A DNA stretch of 32,000 nucleotides from Aliivibrio kagoshimensis (GCF_050337105.1 NZ_JAKJSQ010000024.1:1-32000); one strand, 5' to 3'; shown: positions 13,909 through 23,460, counted from the first letter of the stretch. Program-made: numbers and translations. Notes: a model not told the origin generated them from the sequence alone.

Positions 13909-14940
13909 ATGAAAATACTATTACCGACTTCCACTGCTGGTAGCTTACCTAAACCCTCTTGGTTGGCTCAACCCGAAACTCTTTGGTCCCCTTGGAAGCT
14001 GCAAGGTGAAGAACTTATTGATGGTAAGCGCGATGCGTTACGAGTCTCTTTGCAAGAACAAGAGCTTGCAGGGCTAGATATTGTTAGTGACGGCGAACAA
14101 ACTCGCCAACACTTTGTGACCACGTTTATTGAGCACCTTAGCGGTGTGGATTTTGAAAATCGGAAAACGGTTAGAATTCGTAACCGCTATGAGGCAAGCG
14201 TACCGACCGTTGTTGGCCCAGTGAGTCGCGAAAAGGCAGTCTTTGTTGAAGATGCTAAGTTTCTGCGTCAGCAAACCAAGCAACCTATTAAGTGGGCGTT
14301 GCCTGGACCTATAACGATGATTGATACGCTTTATGACGAGCATTACGGGAGCCGCGAAAAACTGGCTTGGGAATTTGCTAAGATCCTTAATGAAGAAGCG
14401 AAAGAATTAGAGGCGGCGGGTGTCAACATCATTCAATTCGATGAGCCCGCATTTAATGTCTTTTTTGATGATGTCAATGATTGGGGGATTGCTTGTTTAG
14501 AAAGAGCCATCGAAGGGTTGAAGTGCGAAACTGCAATTCATATTTGTTATGGTTATGGCATTAAAGCCAACACTGATTGGAAAAAATCGTTAGGCACTGA
14601 GTGGCGACAATACGAAAAAGTATTCCCGAAATTGCAGAAATCCAATATCGATATTATCTCGTTAGAGTGTCACAACTCACGAGTGCCTATGGATCTGCTT
14701 GAACTTATTCGAGGTAAGAAAGTGATGGTCGGAGCGATTGATGTTACGACCAACAAAATAGAAACACCAGAGGAAGTCGCTAATACGTTGCGAGAAGCAC
14801 TAAAGTATGTTGATGCTGAACAGCTTTATCCCTGTACTAACTGTGGAATGGCCCCTTTGTCTCGTGAGGTCTCAACAGCGAAGCTCAATGCCCTAAGTGC
14901 AGGTGCAGAAATAGTTCGAAAAGAGCTTTCTAATTTGTGA
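13909..14940 (+). CDS. Cobalamin-independent methionine synthase, short single-domain form (MesD-like, Meth_synt_2)
   Basis: It has the MetE catalytic-domain features AGSLPKPSWL, DGEQTRQHF, HICYGY and a C-terminal CTNCGM zinc-ligand region. I chose the ATG at 13909 because AGGA lies 6 nt upstream. The ATG at 13903 is also possible. Confidence 0.88.
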   Translation: MKILLPTSTAGSLPKPSWLAQPETLWSPWKLQGEELIDGKRDALRVSLQEQELAGLDIVSDGEQTRQHFVTTFIEHLSGVDFENRKTVRIRNRYEASVPTVVGPVSREKAVFVEDAKFLRQQTKQPIKWALPGPITMIDTLYDEHYGSREKLAWEFAKILNEEAKELEAAGVNIIQFDEPAFNVFFDDVNDWGIACLERAIEGLKCETAIHICYGYGIKANTDWKKSLGTEWRQYEKVFPKLQKSNIDIISLECHNSRVPMDLLELIRGKKVMVGAIDVTTNKIETPEEVANTLREALKYVDAEQLYPCTNCGMAPLSREVSTAKLNALSAGAEIVRKELSNL

Positions 14941-14983
14941 CAAGTTCTTAGGAGCAGAAGCTAAAAAAAACCATGCAAGCTTT

Positions 14984-15019
14984 CATATATCTGATTCTAA
15001 AGGCTGAACCAGATATATG
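14984..15019. terminator. Hairpin between convergent genes (possible bidirectional terminator)
   Basis: CATATATCTG (14984-14993) and CAGATATATG (15010-15019) form a 10-bp stem with a 16-nt loop. It is AT-rich, so it would be weak. Confidence 0.4.
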
Positions 15020-15030
15020 AATAGACTTAA

Positions 15031-16512
15031 TTAAAGGTAACGACTTCTCAAATGATCTTGGAAGTACTTGGCATTTAAGGTATCACCCGTTGCACCTTTA
15101 ACCAGCTCATCGGTGGTTAACGTGCTGCCTTTTGACCAGATGTTGTCACCCAACCAAGTAAAGATTGGAGCAAGGTTGTTATTAGCAACAGACTCCATCA
15201 CATTCAGGTCTTTGTTCATCGCTGCCATAAACTGCGCTGCGTACATCGCGCCTAACGTGTAGCTTGGAAAGTAACCGAAGCTCCCGTCAGTCCAATGAAT
15301 GTCTTGCATACAACCATTTTTATAATTGCCTGCGGTAGATAGGCCAAGATACTGCTGCATTTTTTGGTCCCACAACTCAGGAATATCTTTATAACTGATA
15401 TCACCGTTCATCAGATCGCGTTCAAGCTCATAACGCAATATGACGTGTGCTGGGTAGGTAACTTCGTCCGCATCAACACGGATAAAATCAGGTTTTACTC
15501 GTGTATAAAGTTTTAGCATGTTCTCTTTTGAGAAGAGAGGACTATCTTGCTGACCAAACGCTTGGGCAGTCATTGGCGCAAGGTGACTCATGAACTCACT
15601 GCTGCGGCCTAATTGCATTTCAAAAAATAGGCTTTGTGATTCATGAATGCCCATTGAGCGAGCATCACCAACCGGAAGTCCAGCAAACTCATTGGGAAGG
15701 CCTTGTTCGTACCGGGCGTGACCTGACTCATGTACTGTGCCCATTAAGGCTTGAATGAATTCATCATCTTCGTAACGAGTGGTAATACGTACGTCGCTAG
15801 GCACACCACCACAGAAAGGGTGAACACTGATATCGAGGCGGCCGTGATTGAAATCAAAGCCTAGCATTTTCATTACATCAAGGCTGAGTTTCTGCTGGAT
15901 ATCTCTATCAAAGGTGCCCGCAGGGGTAATGAGGGTCTCACTGGCTTGCTTGTCACCGACCTGAGCAATTAAGTCAGGTAACCAGGTTTTGGTGTCATTA
16001 AAAAGTGTATCTAAAGAGGCTGAAGTAGCCCCTGGTTCATAAAGATCCAACATCGCATCGTAAGGTGTTTTCCCCGCTATTTGAGCACGAATCTGAGCCT
16101 CTTCTTGAGAAAGCTCAACCACCTCTTTGAAGTTTTTAGCAAACCCTTCCCAATCATTTTGACCACGTTGTTCGCGCCAAGCATGTTCACATTTTGAGCC
16201 CGCAAGAGACTTGGCTTCAACAAGCGCCTCTGGTAACACAGTCGCTTGTTGCCATTGGCGTTTCATCTCTCGTAAACTTGCCGCTTCAGTAACGGAGAGA
16301 GCTTCTGTATGGGCATTATCAAACCATTCGCCTAATTGAGGCTGTGTGGTTAATTGATGGACATGAACAGAGAGTTCAGCCATTGCTTCAGATCGAGCTT
16401 GGTTACCGCCTGCTGGCATGACAGCGGCTTGATCCCAGCCACAGATTGCGCCAAGGTGGTTAAAGCGAGAAATCTTATGGAAGTGAGATACGAGTTTTTG
16501 ATAATGGCTCAT
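15031..16512 (-). CDS. Carboxypeptidase Taq-type metallopeptidase (family M32)
   Basis: It has the HESGHA zinc motif, HPFCGG, DVRITTRY and IHWTDGSFGYFPSYTLGAMYAAQ, all hallmark M32 blocks. Confidence 0.92.
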   Translation of the reverse strand: MSHYQKLVSHFHKISRFNHLGAICGWDQAAVMPAGGNQARSEAMAELSVHVHQLTTQPQLGEWFDNAHTEALSVTEAASLREMKRQWQQATVLPEALVEAKSLAGSKCEHAWREQRGQNDWEGFAKNFKEVVELSQEEAQIRAQIAGKTPYDAMLDLYEPGATSASLDTLFNDTKTWLPDLIAQVGDKQASETLITPAGTFDRDIQQKLSLDVMKMLGFDFNHGRLDISVHPFCGGVPSDVRITTRYEDDEFIQALMGTVHESGHARYEQGLPNEFAGLPVGDARSMGIHESQSLFFEMQLGRSSEFMSHLAPMTAQAFGQQDSPLFSKENMLKLYTRVKPDFIRVDADEVTYPAHVILRYELERDLMNGDISYKDIPELWDQKMQQYLGLSTAGNYKNGCMQDIHWTDGSFGYFPSYTLGAMYAAQFMAAMNKDLNVMESVANNNLAPIFTWLGDNIWSKGSTLTTDELVKGATGDTLNAKYFQDHLRSRYL

Positions 16513-16675
16513 TGAGTCTCCTTAGACAGGCTTAACAATAGAGATATTGTTGTTTTAGAATCCTTCAGTTGCGCCCATCATATAGGGGCATGCAGAGGAA
16601 ACAAAGCAAATCATTGATGGCCAGATTGCTAGTGTTCACGTAAAGTGATTCACAGCACAGAAAAGAGGTAATGAT

Positions 16676-17296
16676 ATGGATATTTGGGCATTTTTAATTG
16701 CGATTACGCTGCTAACGTTAACCCCAGGATTGGATACGGCACTGGTGATCAGAAATACCAGTCGTGCAGGATGGAAAGATGGGGTAATCAGTAGCTTGGG
16801 GATCTGTAGTGGTCTATTTGTACACGCACTATTTTCCGCTATTGGTATCTCTGTATTACTACTAAACTCTGCCTGGTTATTTGAAGCTGTTAAGATGTTA
16901 GGAGCGGCGTATTTGATCTGGTTAGGTGTGTCGAGTATTCGCTCTGCTAGAAAGTCTGAGTCGATGCGTTTTGATGCATGTGCCGGTTCAACATTAGATA
17001 TGAAACGCTCTTTTAGAGAAGGGTTACTCTCGAATGTATTGAACCCCAAAACGGCCATCTTCTATTTGGCCTTTTTGCCTCAGTTTATTGACCCAAGCTA
17101 CTCGGCAATTGCTCAATCGATGATATTGGCGGCACTGCATTTTATGATTGCAATGGTGTGGCAAACTATAGTGGCGCTGTTGGTTGAAAAGGCCAAACGC
17201 ATTATGGCCAACCCTGCGGTTAACAGAAGAATTGAGTCAATCACAGGGGCGGTACTCATTGCGCTTGGCGCTCAGCTAATCATTAACCGCCAGTAG
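16676..17296 (+). CDS. LysE/RhtB family amino-acid exporter
   Basis: The 206-aa product has six hydrophobic segments, the N-terminal LTLTPGLDTALVIRNT motif and LSNVLNPKTAIFYLAFLPQF. Confidence 0.88.
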   Translation: MDIWAFLIAITLLTLTPGLDTALVIRNTSRAGWKDGVISSLGICSGLFVHALFSAIGISVLLLNSAWLFEAVKMLGAAYLIWLGVSSIRSARKSESMRFDACAGSTLDMKRSFREGLLSNVLNPKTAIFYLAFLPQFIDPSYSAIAQSMILAALHFMIAMVWQTIVALLVEKAKRIMANPAVNRRIESITGAVLIALGAQLIINRQ

Positions 17297-19010
17297 GTTT
17301 ATCTTCGTCTATTGTAGATCGCTTTCTAAAAGTTGAGAGCGCCTTTCCAATTTTAGCTCCCGCTACCTGCGTCATGCGATCGCTGCTCTTTTTTGCCACG
17401 TTGTGAATATGAACATCTTGTTGTGGGAAGGGGATTGAAATGCCTTCTTCATCAAAGCGCATTTTCACTTCACGAGTTACATCCCAATAAACATCCCAGT
17501 AATCATCCGTTTTTACCCAAGGACGAACCACAAAATCAACGGAGGAGGTGTTGAGTGTTTGTACTTTGATATTGCACTCGGGCTTCTTTAAAATCTTCTC
17601 GTGGTTATCGATAATCTCCGCCAATACCCGTTCGGCGTGGGGAATGCTGTCGCTGTAACCAATACCGAAAACCATATCCACACGTCGTACACGCTCATGA
17701 GTGACATTCATGATGACATCACCCCAAATTTTGCTATTTGGTAAGATGATGATCTGGTTATCAAAGGTTCGAATCGTGGTATTCACTAAGCTCATGTGGC
17801 TTACCTTACCTCGAACCCCGCCAGCTTCAACCAGGTCATTGACATCAAAGGGGCGATAGATGAGTAACATCATGCCAGAGGCGAAATTAGATAGGGTGTC
17901 TTGCAATGCAAAACCAATAATAATACCCGCGACACCAAAACCGGTGAGCACTGGTGCTAGGTTTAATCCAATCTGAGAGAGAGCGATCAATAAACCGATG
18001 AAGAAGACTGCTTTTCCTGATATTGATACAAAGAAATCCTGCATCAACTGAGTCATCTTTAAGTGAGGTGCGACCACCGCTCGTTTTACCACGTTACGCG
18101 TAATTTTCGATAGACTACGAGTAATCACAACCAGTAATGCAAAGATAAAGAGCTTAAAGAGTAAATCAGGAGTGTTGGTAAGAATCCAATTAACCGACGT
18201 TTCAATCCACTCTTTACTAATTGAGGTAATGACTGACAGAGTAAATATACCTTCAGTGAGGTTACCGGTGGTGGTGAAGATTTGGCGTTTAAAATCGGTC
18301 GTAGGTAAACCGAGTTGATCGGCAAGATCAATTAATGAAGCGAATTGGTTGGTTGAATTATCAATCTTCCTCTGCATATACAGATGTTGAGGTTGTAACT
18401 TAGCTTTTTCGCTTTCAGAAGAGTGGGTAATCTGATCGTTGAGTAGATCGAAATTACTGAGATCAAACGTCAATGAAGCAGATGAAAATTTTATTTTTTG
18501 ATCAATCAGTAAACGAAACTTATCTCGCAAGTCTGTATTGGTTACCCCTAAATAGGTCAACCACTGATAGTTTTGCCATTGGTCGTGGTAAATGTGAAAC
18601 AGCAGGCTCTGCTTGTCGTTAAAATTATTTTGTAAAGAGAGGCGACTTTCATAGCTCTCATTGTCTATTCTCTCTTGTAGCCGTTTAATGGTTTTACTGA
18701 CAAACTCAATGCTTTCATTGGTATAGGCTAGCTGCTTATTTACTTCAGTAATCAGTCGGCTGTGAACAGAAGGGTCATCAAGTTTGATGAGCTGACCAAT
18801 GGTTTTACGCAGTGCGATGTTTTTATCTAAACGTTGAGCACGAACAATTTCGAGGTCACTACCACTGAACTCAATGGATTCCACGGCCAATTTAACTAAA
18901 TCTTCATTGAGTTGATCGAGTGTACGCAGTAACTCTGTTGGCGTGCTTTCGGCTTGCACTGAAAACAGCGGTGAAATAAGTAAAAACAGTACTAAGATAA
19001 GGTTACGCAT
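17283..19010 (-). CDS. MscS-family mechanosensitive channel with large periplasmic N-terminal domain
   Basis: The MS_channel core is GFALQDTLSNFASGMMLLIYRPFDVNDLVEAGGVRGKVSHMSLVNTTIRTFDNQIIILPN. I chose the ATG at 19010 because it yields a signal peptide, MRNLILVLFLLISPLFSVQAES. The ORF track's start at 19127 adds 39 unlikely residues. Confidence 0.88.
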   Translation of the reverse strand: MRNLILVLFLLISPLFSVQAESTPTELLRTLDQLNEDLVKLAVESIEFSGSDLEIVRAQRLDKNIALRKTIGQLIKLDDPSVHSRLITEVNKQLAYTNESIEFVSKTIKRLQERIDNESYESRLSLQNNFNDKQSLLFHIYHDQWQNYQWLTYLGVTNTDLRDKFRLLIDQKIKFSSASLTFDLSNFDLLNDQITHSSESEKAKLQPQHLYMQRKIDNSTNQFASLIDLADQLGLPTTDFKRQIFTTTGNLTEGIFTLSVITSISKEWIETSVNWILTNTPDLLFKLFIFALLVVITRSLSKITRNVVKRAVVAPHLKMTQLMQDFFVSISGKAVFFIGLLIALSQIGLNLAPVLTGFGVAGIIIGFALQDTLSNFASGMMLLIYRPFDVNDLVEAGGVRGKVSHMSLVNTTIRTFDNQIIILPNSKIWGDVIMNVTHERVRRVDMVFGIGYSDSIPHAERVLAEIIDNHEKILKKPECNIKVQTLNTSSVDFVVRPWVKTDDYWDVYWDVTREVKMRFDEEGISIPFPQQDVHIHNVAKKSSDRMTQVAGAKIGKALSTFRKRSTIDEDKPTGG

Positions 19011-19169
19011 GATGCTCCGCTTAATAAATCGAGATACAGTATTTAAATTAGCACAAAAGAAAGCTCTTAATGTTCTCGAAAAGTCAAAGTGTATGATAAA
19101 GCTGTAAAAATCAATCAAACGGGACATGGATATGCTAAAGTGATAGCGGTATATATTGGGGAGTGAGTT

Positions 19170-19328
19170 ATGTTGAGAATCGGTGCAATATTTGGTCTTT
19201 TGCTAGTGAGTTTTCTTCTAATTCGCTACCGAACCAATGAAAAACTGCAAAAATTTGTCATTATTAGCGTATTAGGATCGCTGGTTGCCTATATATTGGT
19301 AGTGATGACAATGGAATTATTTAGATAG
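19170..19328 (+). CDS. Candidate 52-aa two-helix membrane protein
   Basis: The ATG at 19170 lies downstream of GGGGAG. The product is MLRIGAIFGLLLVSFLLIRYRTNEKLQKFVIISVLGSLVAYILVVMTMELFR, and the ORF ends 15 nt before the next gene. It is below the ORF-track size cutoff. Confidence 0.4.
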   Translation: MLRIGAIFGLLLVSFLLIRYRTNEKLQKFVIISVLGSLVAYILVVMTMELFR

Positions 19329-19343
19329 GTCACGAGGTTAAGC

Positions 19344-20096
19344 TTGAAACAGAGATACGACAAACATCAAGAGATGAACGATAGTGACGTGGTCGTCATT
19401 GAAGAACATAAAGCGGGTTTCTATTGGGTCGCACTACTTGGTGTATTACTTGGTCTAGCTGTGGGGGGATTCATAGGCGATCACCTCTCCTCTACTAAGT
19501 GGCGTGAAGCGTATCAAAAAATCGAATTGAAACTGGCTGATTCGAATCACACCGTTGAGAAGTACAAGCAGAATCTTGAAAAATTAAGTCAATCAATCAT
19601 TGAAGCGCAGCAAAAACAGCAAGAGGTGAAAGTAGAGGTGGTTAATCAGGAAGAGCTAAAGCTGAAAGCCAACCTAACAAAGCTAGAAGAGACAAACCAA
19701 ACGCTGAAAACGAAAAACGCTGACATGAATCGACAAAATGAGGAGTTGGATAGCCAAGTTGAATCTCTGAATGCCACCGTCGATCAGTTGAATAATCAAG
19801 TCGGTTTGCAATTAACGATGCTTAGCCGTGCAAAAGAGCTTTTTCAACGTCAATTGGTATTGAAAGAGAAGGTGATTATTATTGAGCAAGAGCTGAATAC
19901 TTTACCCGCTAAGATCAAAAGAATGACAGCAGACTGCCAAGCTTATGAGAGTGGGAAGGGCTGGGACAGTGCTTCAGATTCTTGTAATGCATTAGATAGC
20001 TTGAAACAGCGACGCTCTGAGCTAAACCAAGAACTGGACATACACAACATGGACATTAATGAAATTGACTCGATCAGTGAAGGGTTAGGCATGTAA
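19344..20096 (+). CDS. Membrane-anchored coiled-coil protein, function unknown
   Basis: The TTG start has GAGG 6 nt upstream, and an ATG at 19374 is an alternative. It has one TM helix (FYWVALLGVLLGLAVGGFIG) followed by about 200 aa of heptad-like Q/E/K/L-rich sequence. Confidence 0.6.
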   Translation: MKQRYDKHQEMNDSDVVVIEEHKAGFYWVALLGVLLGLAVGGFIGDHLSSTKWREAYQKIELKLADSNHTVEKYKQNLEKLSQSIIEAQQKQQEVKVEVVNQEELKLKANLTKLEETNQTLKTKNADMNRQNEELDSQVESLNATVDQLNNQVGLQLTMLSRAKELFQRQLVLKEKVIIIEQELNTLPAKIKRMTADCQAYESGKGWDSASDSCNALDSLKQRRSELNQELDIHNMDINEIDSISEGLGM

Positions 20097-20102
20097 TTCG
20101 AT

Positions 20103-20124
20103 AAACCCCACGCTGGTGGGGTTT
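20103..20124. terminator. Bidirectional rho-independent terminator
   Basis: AAACCCCA-CGCTGG-TGGGGTTT sits between convergent genes, with A and T runs on either side. Confidence 0.65.
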
Positions 20125-20161
20125 ATTGTCATTGAAAGTGTGTACTTTGAAGCAGGTAGCC

Positions 20162-21562
20162 TTAGCCGCTAAACAGTGAATACACGGCCATCATCGAGGC
20201 GATGACTAACGCGATAAGGAGACCAATATCTTTCGTGTTGAATGCCGTTAATTGATGCTCTTTTCTTGCTTTAAGGTAAAAGAAGACACCTGGCAGGTAG
20301 AGCAGTGATGAAAGCAATAGGTACTCTAAACCAGAAGCGTACAGCAACCATATTCCATATACTGTTGCCAGTATACCTACCAACAAATGCGAACCACGGT
20401 TCTTAGTTTCAATCGCAATTTTAAGCATATAAGCAGCCACTAAAAAGTAAGGGACCAAAATCATCTCAGAAGCGATAATTAACAGCTTGTCATAAGTACC
20501 ACCAAGATAAGTTACCAATAACAGTGAAATTTGGACACCACCATTAGTTAATAGCAGAGCATTAATTGGTGAGCCAGCGCTATTTTGTTTGGAAAAAACA
20601 GAAGGGAACATGTTTGATTTAGCAGCCAAATAAGGCGCTTCTGAAGCCAGAACGGTCCAACTTAAAAATGCACCGCACACAGAGATAAGTAGAGCAATAG
20701 AAATTAATAGTCGGCCAAATGGTCCAATGATATGTTCAAGTATGACCGCCATTGATGGATTGTCGTACCCAGCGAGTTCAACCGGCTTAATGACTCCCAT
20801 TGAAAGTAGACTAACTAACACATAGATCGTTAAGGCCGTGGCAAGGCCCATAATGGTTGCTCGTCCGATATCCTGTCTATGTTTAGCACGGCTCGAAACA
20901 ATAACAGCCCCTTCGATACCAACAAACACCCATACCGTAATCAACATACAGGCTTTAACTTGATCTAAAAGCCCCGTCTCTTCTCCAAAATGGAGGCCTG
21001 AGAAATCAAATACGAAGGTGTCCCATTTAAATGCCATAAAAGCAAAAACAATAAAAATACCTAGCGGGACAATTTTTGCGATGGTGGTAACCAGGTTAAT
21101 CAAAGAAGCGGTTTGTACGCCTTTTGAGACTAAAAGGTGTATCGCCCAAAGTAGAAGGGAAGAGCCTGCGAGAGAGAGGTAGGTATTTCCGTCACCGAAC
21201 AGAATATTATCCGGAGTATCAAAGAGCATTCCAAACGTGCTGAAAACAATAACAAGGTAAGAGACGTTAGCGAGTGTGGCACTGAGCCAGTAACCCCAGG
21301 CTGAATTAAAGCCGATGAAGTTGCCAAAACCCGCTTGAGCGTATCCAAATACGCCAGTTTCAATGTCAGGTTTGATGCGAGATAAGAAGAGAAAAGAGAA
21401 AGCAAGAAAAGTCATGCCTATTCCAGTGATTATCCAGCCAATCAATGTTGCTGCCGGACTGGCGACTGCCGCCATATTTTGCGGTAGGCTAAATACCCCC
21501 GCACCTATCATTGAGCCAACAACTAATGCAGTCAATGAGCCTAAACCAAGTTTTTTCTCCAA
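20162..21562 (-). CDS. arcD: Arginine:ornithine antiporter-type APC transporter (ArcD/YdgI family)
   Basis: It is collinear with E. coli YdgI (EKKLGLGSLTALVVGSMIGAGVFSLPQNMAAVASPAA...). I chose the TTG at 21562 because it reproduces the MEKKLGL N-terminus and has GAGG upstream. The ORF track's GTG at 21610 adds 16 residues. Confidence 0.88.
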   Translation of the reverse strand: MEKKLGLGSLTALVVGSMIGAGVFSLPQNMAAVASPAATLIGWIITGIGMTFLAFSFLFLSRIKPDIETGVFGYAQAGFGNFIGFNSAWGYWLSATLANVSYLVIVFSTFGMLFDTPDNILFGDGNTYLSLAGSSLLLWAIHLLVSKGVQTASLINLVTTIAKIVPLGIFIVFAFMAFKWDTFVFDFSGLHFGEETGLLDQVKACMLITVWVFVGIEGAVIVSSRAKHRQDIGRATIMGLATALTIYVLVSLLSMGVIKPVELAGYDNPSMAVILEHIIGPFGRLLISIALLISVCGAFLSWTVLASEAPYLAAKSNMFPSVFSKQNSAGSPINALLLTNGGVQISLLLVTYLGGTYDKLLIIASEMILVPYFLVAAYMLKIAIETKNRGSHLLVGILATVYGIWLLYASGLEYLLLSSLLYLPGVFFYLKARKEHQLTAFNTKDIGLLIALVIASMMAVYSLFSG

Positions 21563-21717
21563 AGGAACCTCTGAGCAAAAATGAAGCTCAGAATTATATA
21601 GCGTTTTCACTTAGCGTGGAGCTTTAGATTTACAAATTTGCCGATTATCTGAGGTAGAACACCTTCTCAGACGCTAATATTTATAAATTGTTAACGATTG
21701 GTAATACTCTGTATTAC

Positions 21718-22140
21718 TTAGTGTAGAGAAACAGCAGAACTAGTAAACATAACCTTGGTTGTAAACTCTGCAGCGTGTTGTAAAACAGACAGGGCATCTT
21801 TATGGTGCTCAGGTTTTGCGCTGATGATAGCACTTGCAGTATTGGCGCAGAGCGCTTTATTAATAACCTCTAAATCCGAAAGAGAAGAGGACTCTTTTAG
21901 AACAACCAGTTTACTTAAATCAATACCAGCGGCCTCTAAAATACCTCTCTCGGGAATGTCAGCGGTATGTGTAATGAAAATCCATTTATTCAATCGGCTA
22001 AGCTCTTTTAATGTCTTCAATAGCTGGTCTGCATCGCTGTTGTCGACTGTTGAGGTTTGAATGCCTGAAAGAGGGTTTTTACGGTTATAGCCATTGTTAA
22101 AAGCAAGCGCGTTATTATGTAGTGTGTATTGATTGCTCAT
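21718..22140 (-). CDS. sulA: SOS cell-division inhibitor SulA
   Basis: The 140-aa product from the ATG at 22140 has a middle region (QLLKTLKELSRLNKWIFITH...LSKLVVLK...VINKAL) that parallels E. coli SulA. A consensus LexA box sits 40 nt upstream. The longer ORF from 22290 would run through that operator. Confidence 0.8.
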   Translation of the reverse strand: MSNQYTLHNNALAFNNGYNRKNPLSGIQTSTVDNSDADQLLKTLKELSRLNKWIFITHTADIPERGILEAAGIDLSKLVVLKESSSLSDLEVINKALCANTASAIISAKPEHHKDALSVLQHAAEFTTKVMFTSSAVSLH

Positions 22141-22179
22141 CGCTGAATTCCCTATAATTAAGTAGTGATCATATATACA

Positions 22180-22199
22180 GCCTGTGGATATATACAGTA
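22180..22199 (-). promoter_or_regulatory. LexA operator (SOS box) of sulA
   Basis: On the minus strand it reads TACTGTATATATCCACAGGC, which is CTGT-N8-ACAG. It matches the gammaproteobacterial consensus TACTGTATATATATACAGTA at 16/20. Confidence 0.75.
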
Positions 22200-22516
22200 C
22201 TTTCAAATCGGCTACTTGGCAAGCGATTTGTGTAAAAAAACTGCAAATTGAATCTTTGCTATTGTTTGTTTCTATTACGGTGGTACACAATGATTCTAAA
22301 TATCAATATGTTAACTTCGGGTTATTTCATGCTTATCGTAAACTTCATTGATGAGAACCACACTGGCAATCTACAGTGGCTTACTGTCTCTATTCTCTGA
22401 TTTTTTTTCTCATATTCAATAATTCCGAACAGTCTCATTGAAGAAACACGTTATTTTCCAAATGATCGTTATGCTTTTTGGAAGGTTAATATATTGAAAT
22501 AGAACAGGAAATAATA

Positions 22517-23212
22517 ATGAATAAGTACATGGCCGAATGTATCGGTACCTTTTGGTTAGTGTTGGGTGGTTGTGGTAGTGCCGTACTAGCGGCGGGTTTC
22601 CCTGAAATGGGGATCGGTTTTGTTGGAGTGTCACTGGCATTCGGTTTAACGGTATTAACCATGGCATTTGCGATCGGGCATATTTCTGGTTGCCATTTGA
22701 ATCCAGCCGTGTCGATTGGCTTGTGTACGGCAGGACGATTCCCTGCGAGTCAGTTAGTGCCATATATTGTGGCACAAGTAACCGGTGGTCTGATCGCCGG
22801 TGGTGTTTTATATGTGATTGCTAGCGGTCAAACTGGGTTTGATGTGACTACAGGTTTTGCTTCGAATGGTTATGGTGATCACTCTCCAGGGGGGTACTCT
22901 TTAATGGCCGCCTTGGTGTGTGAAATTGTAATGACTATGATGTTCTTAATCGTCATTCTTGGTGCAACTGATGAACGTGCACCAGCCGGATTTGCCCCAA
23001 TTGCTATTGGACTCTGCTTAACGCTGATTCATTTGATTAGTATTCCTGTTACCAACACCTCGGTAAACCCAGCAAGAAGTACTGGTGTTGCCTTGTTCGC
23101 AGGGGACTGGGCTGTATCGCAGTTGTGGTTGTTCTGGTTAGCACCTGTGATTGGGGCAGTACTCGGGGCCATGATTTATCGTGTGGTAGGTTGTGAATCT
23201 AAGGGCATATAA
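22517..23212 (+). CDS. aqpZ: Aquaporin Z
   Basis: The 231-aa product has two NPA motifs (HLNPAVS and SVNPARS) and an N-terminus close to E. coli AqpZ. Confidence 0.93.
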   Translation: MNKYMAECIGTFWLVLGGCGSAVLAAGFPEMGIGFVGVSLAFGLTVLTMAFAIGHISGCHLNPAVSIGLCTAGRFPASQLVPYIVAQVTGGLIAGGVLYVIASGQTGFDVTTGFASNGYGDHSPGGYSLMAALVCEIVMTMMFLIVILGATDERAPAGFAPIAIGLCLTLIHLISIPVTNTSVNPARSTGVALFAGDWAVSQLWLFWLAPVIGAVLGAMIYRVVGCESKGI

Positions 23213-23220
23213 AAGAGTAA

Positions 23221-23245
23221 AGGCAGAATAATGATTATTCTGCCT
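23221..23245. terminator. Bidirectional terminator hairpin
   Basis: AGGCAGAATAA-TGA-TTATTCTGCCT forms an 11-bp stem between convergent aqpZ and the small Cys-rich gene. Confidence 0.65.
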
Positions 23246-23274
23246 TTCACGGTCTTCAATCTTATACGAGAGAC

Positions 23275-23460
23275 CTAGCTATTGACTGTTGCCTTAGCAC
23301 TGCTTAATGCCATTTCAGCTTGATTGAATTGACGAACATCTTGCTGAGCGTGATCATTACACTCTTCACAGGAATAATGTTTTAAGCCATCACAATAATT
23401 GTGTTGAAGCAGCATCGCTGGGCGATGGCACCAATCACAAATCCCTTCTATTCCAAACAT
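23275..23460 (-). CDS. Small Cys-rich (zinc-ribbon-like) protein
   Basis: The 61-aa product has CxxC (CDWC), a lone Cys in YCDG, and a second CxxC (CEEC). I recognise no family. Confidence 0.5.
   Translation of the reverse strand: MFGIEGICDWCHRPAMLLQHNYCDGLKHYSCEECNDHAQQDVRQFNQAEMALSSAKATVNS

Noticed and set aside
17283-17296. A 14-nt overlap of the convergent LysE and MscS genes as a possible regulatory feature.
   Set aside because: Short 3' overlaps of convergent genes are common, and no structure or motif is evident.
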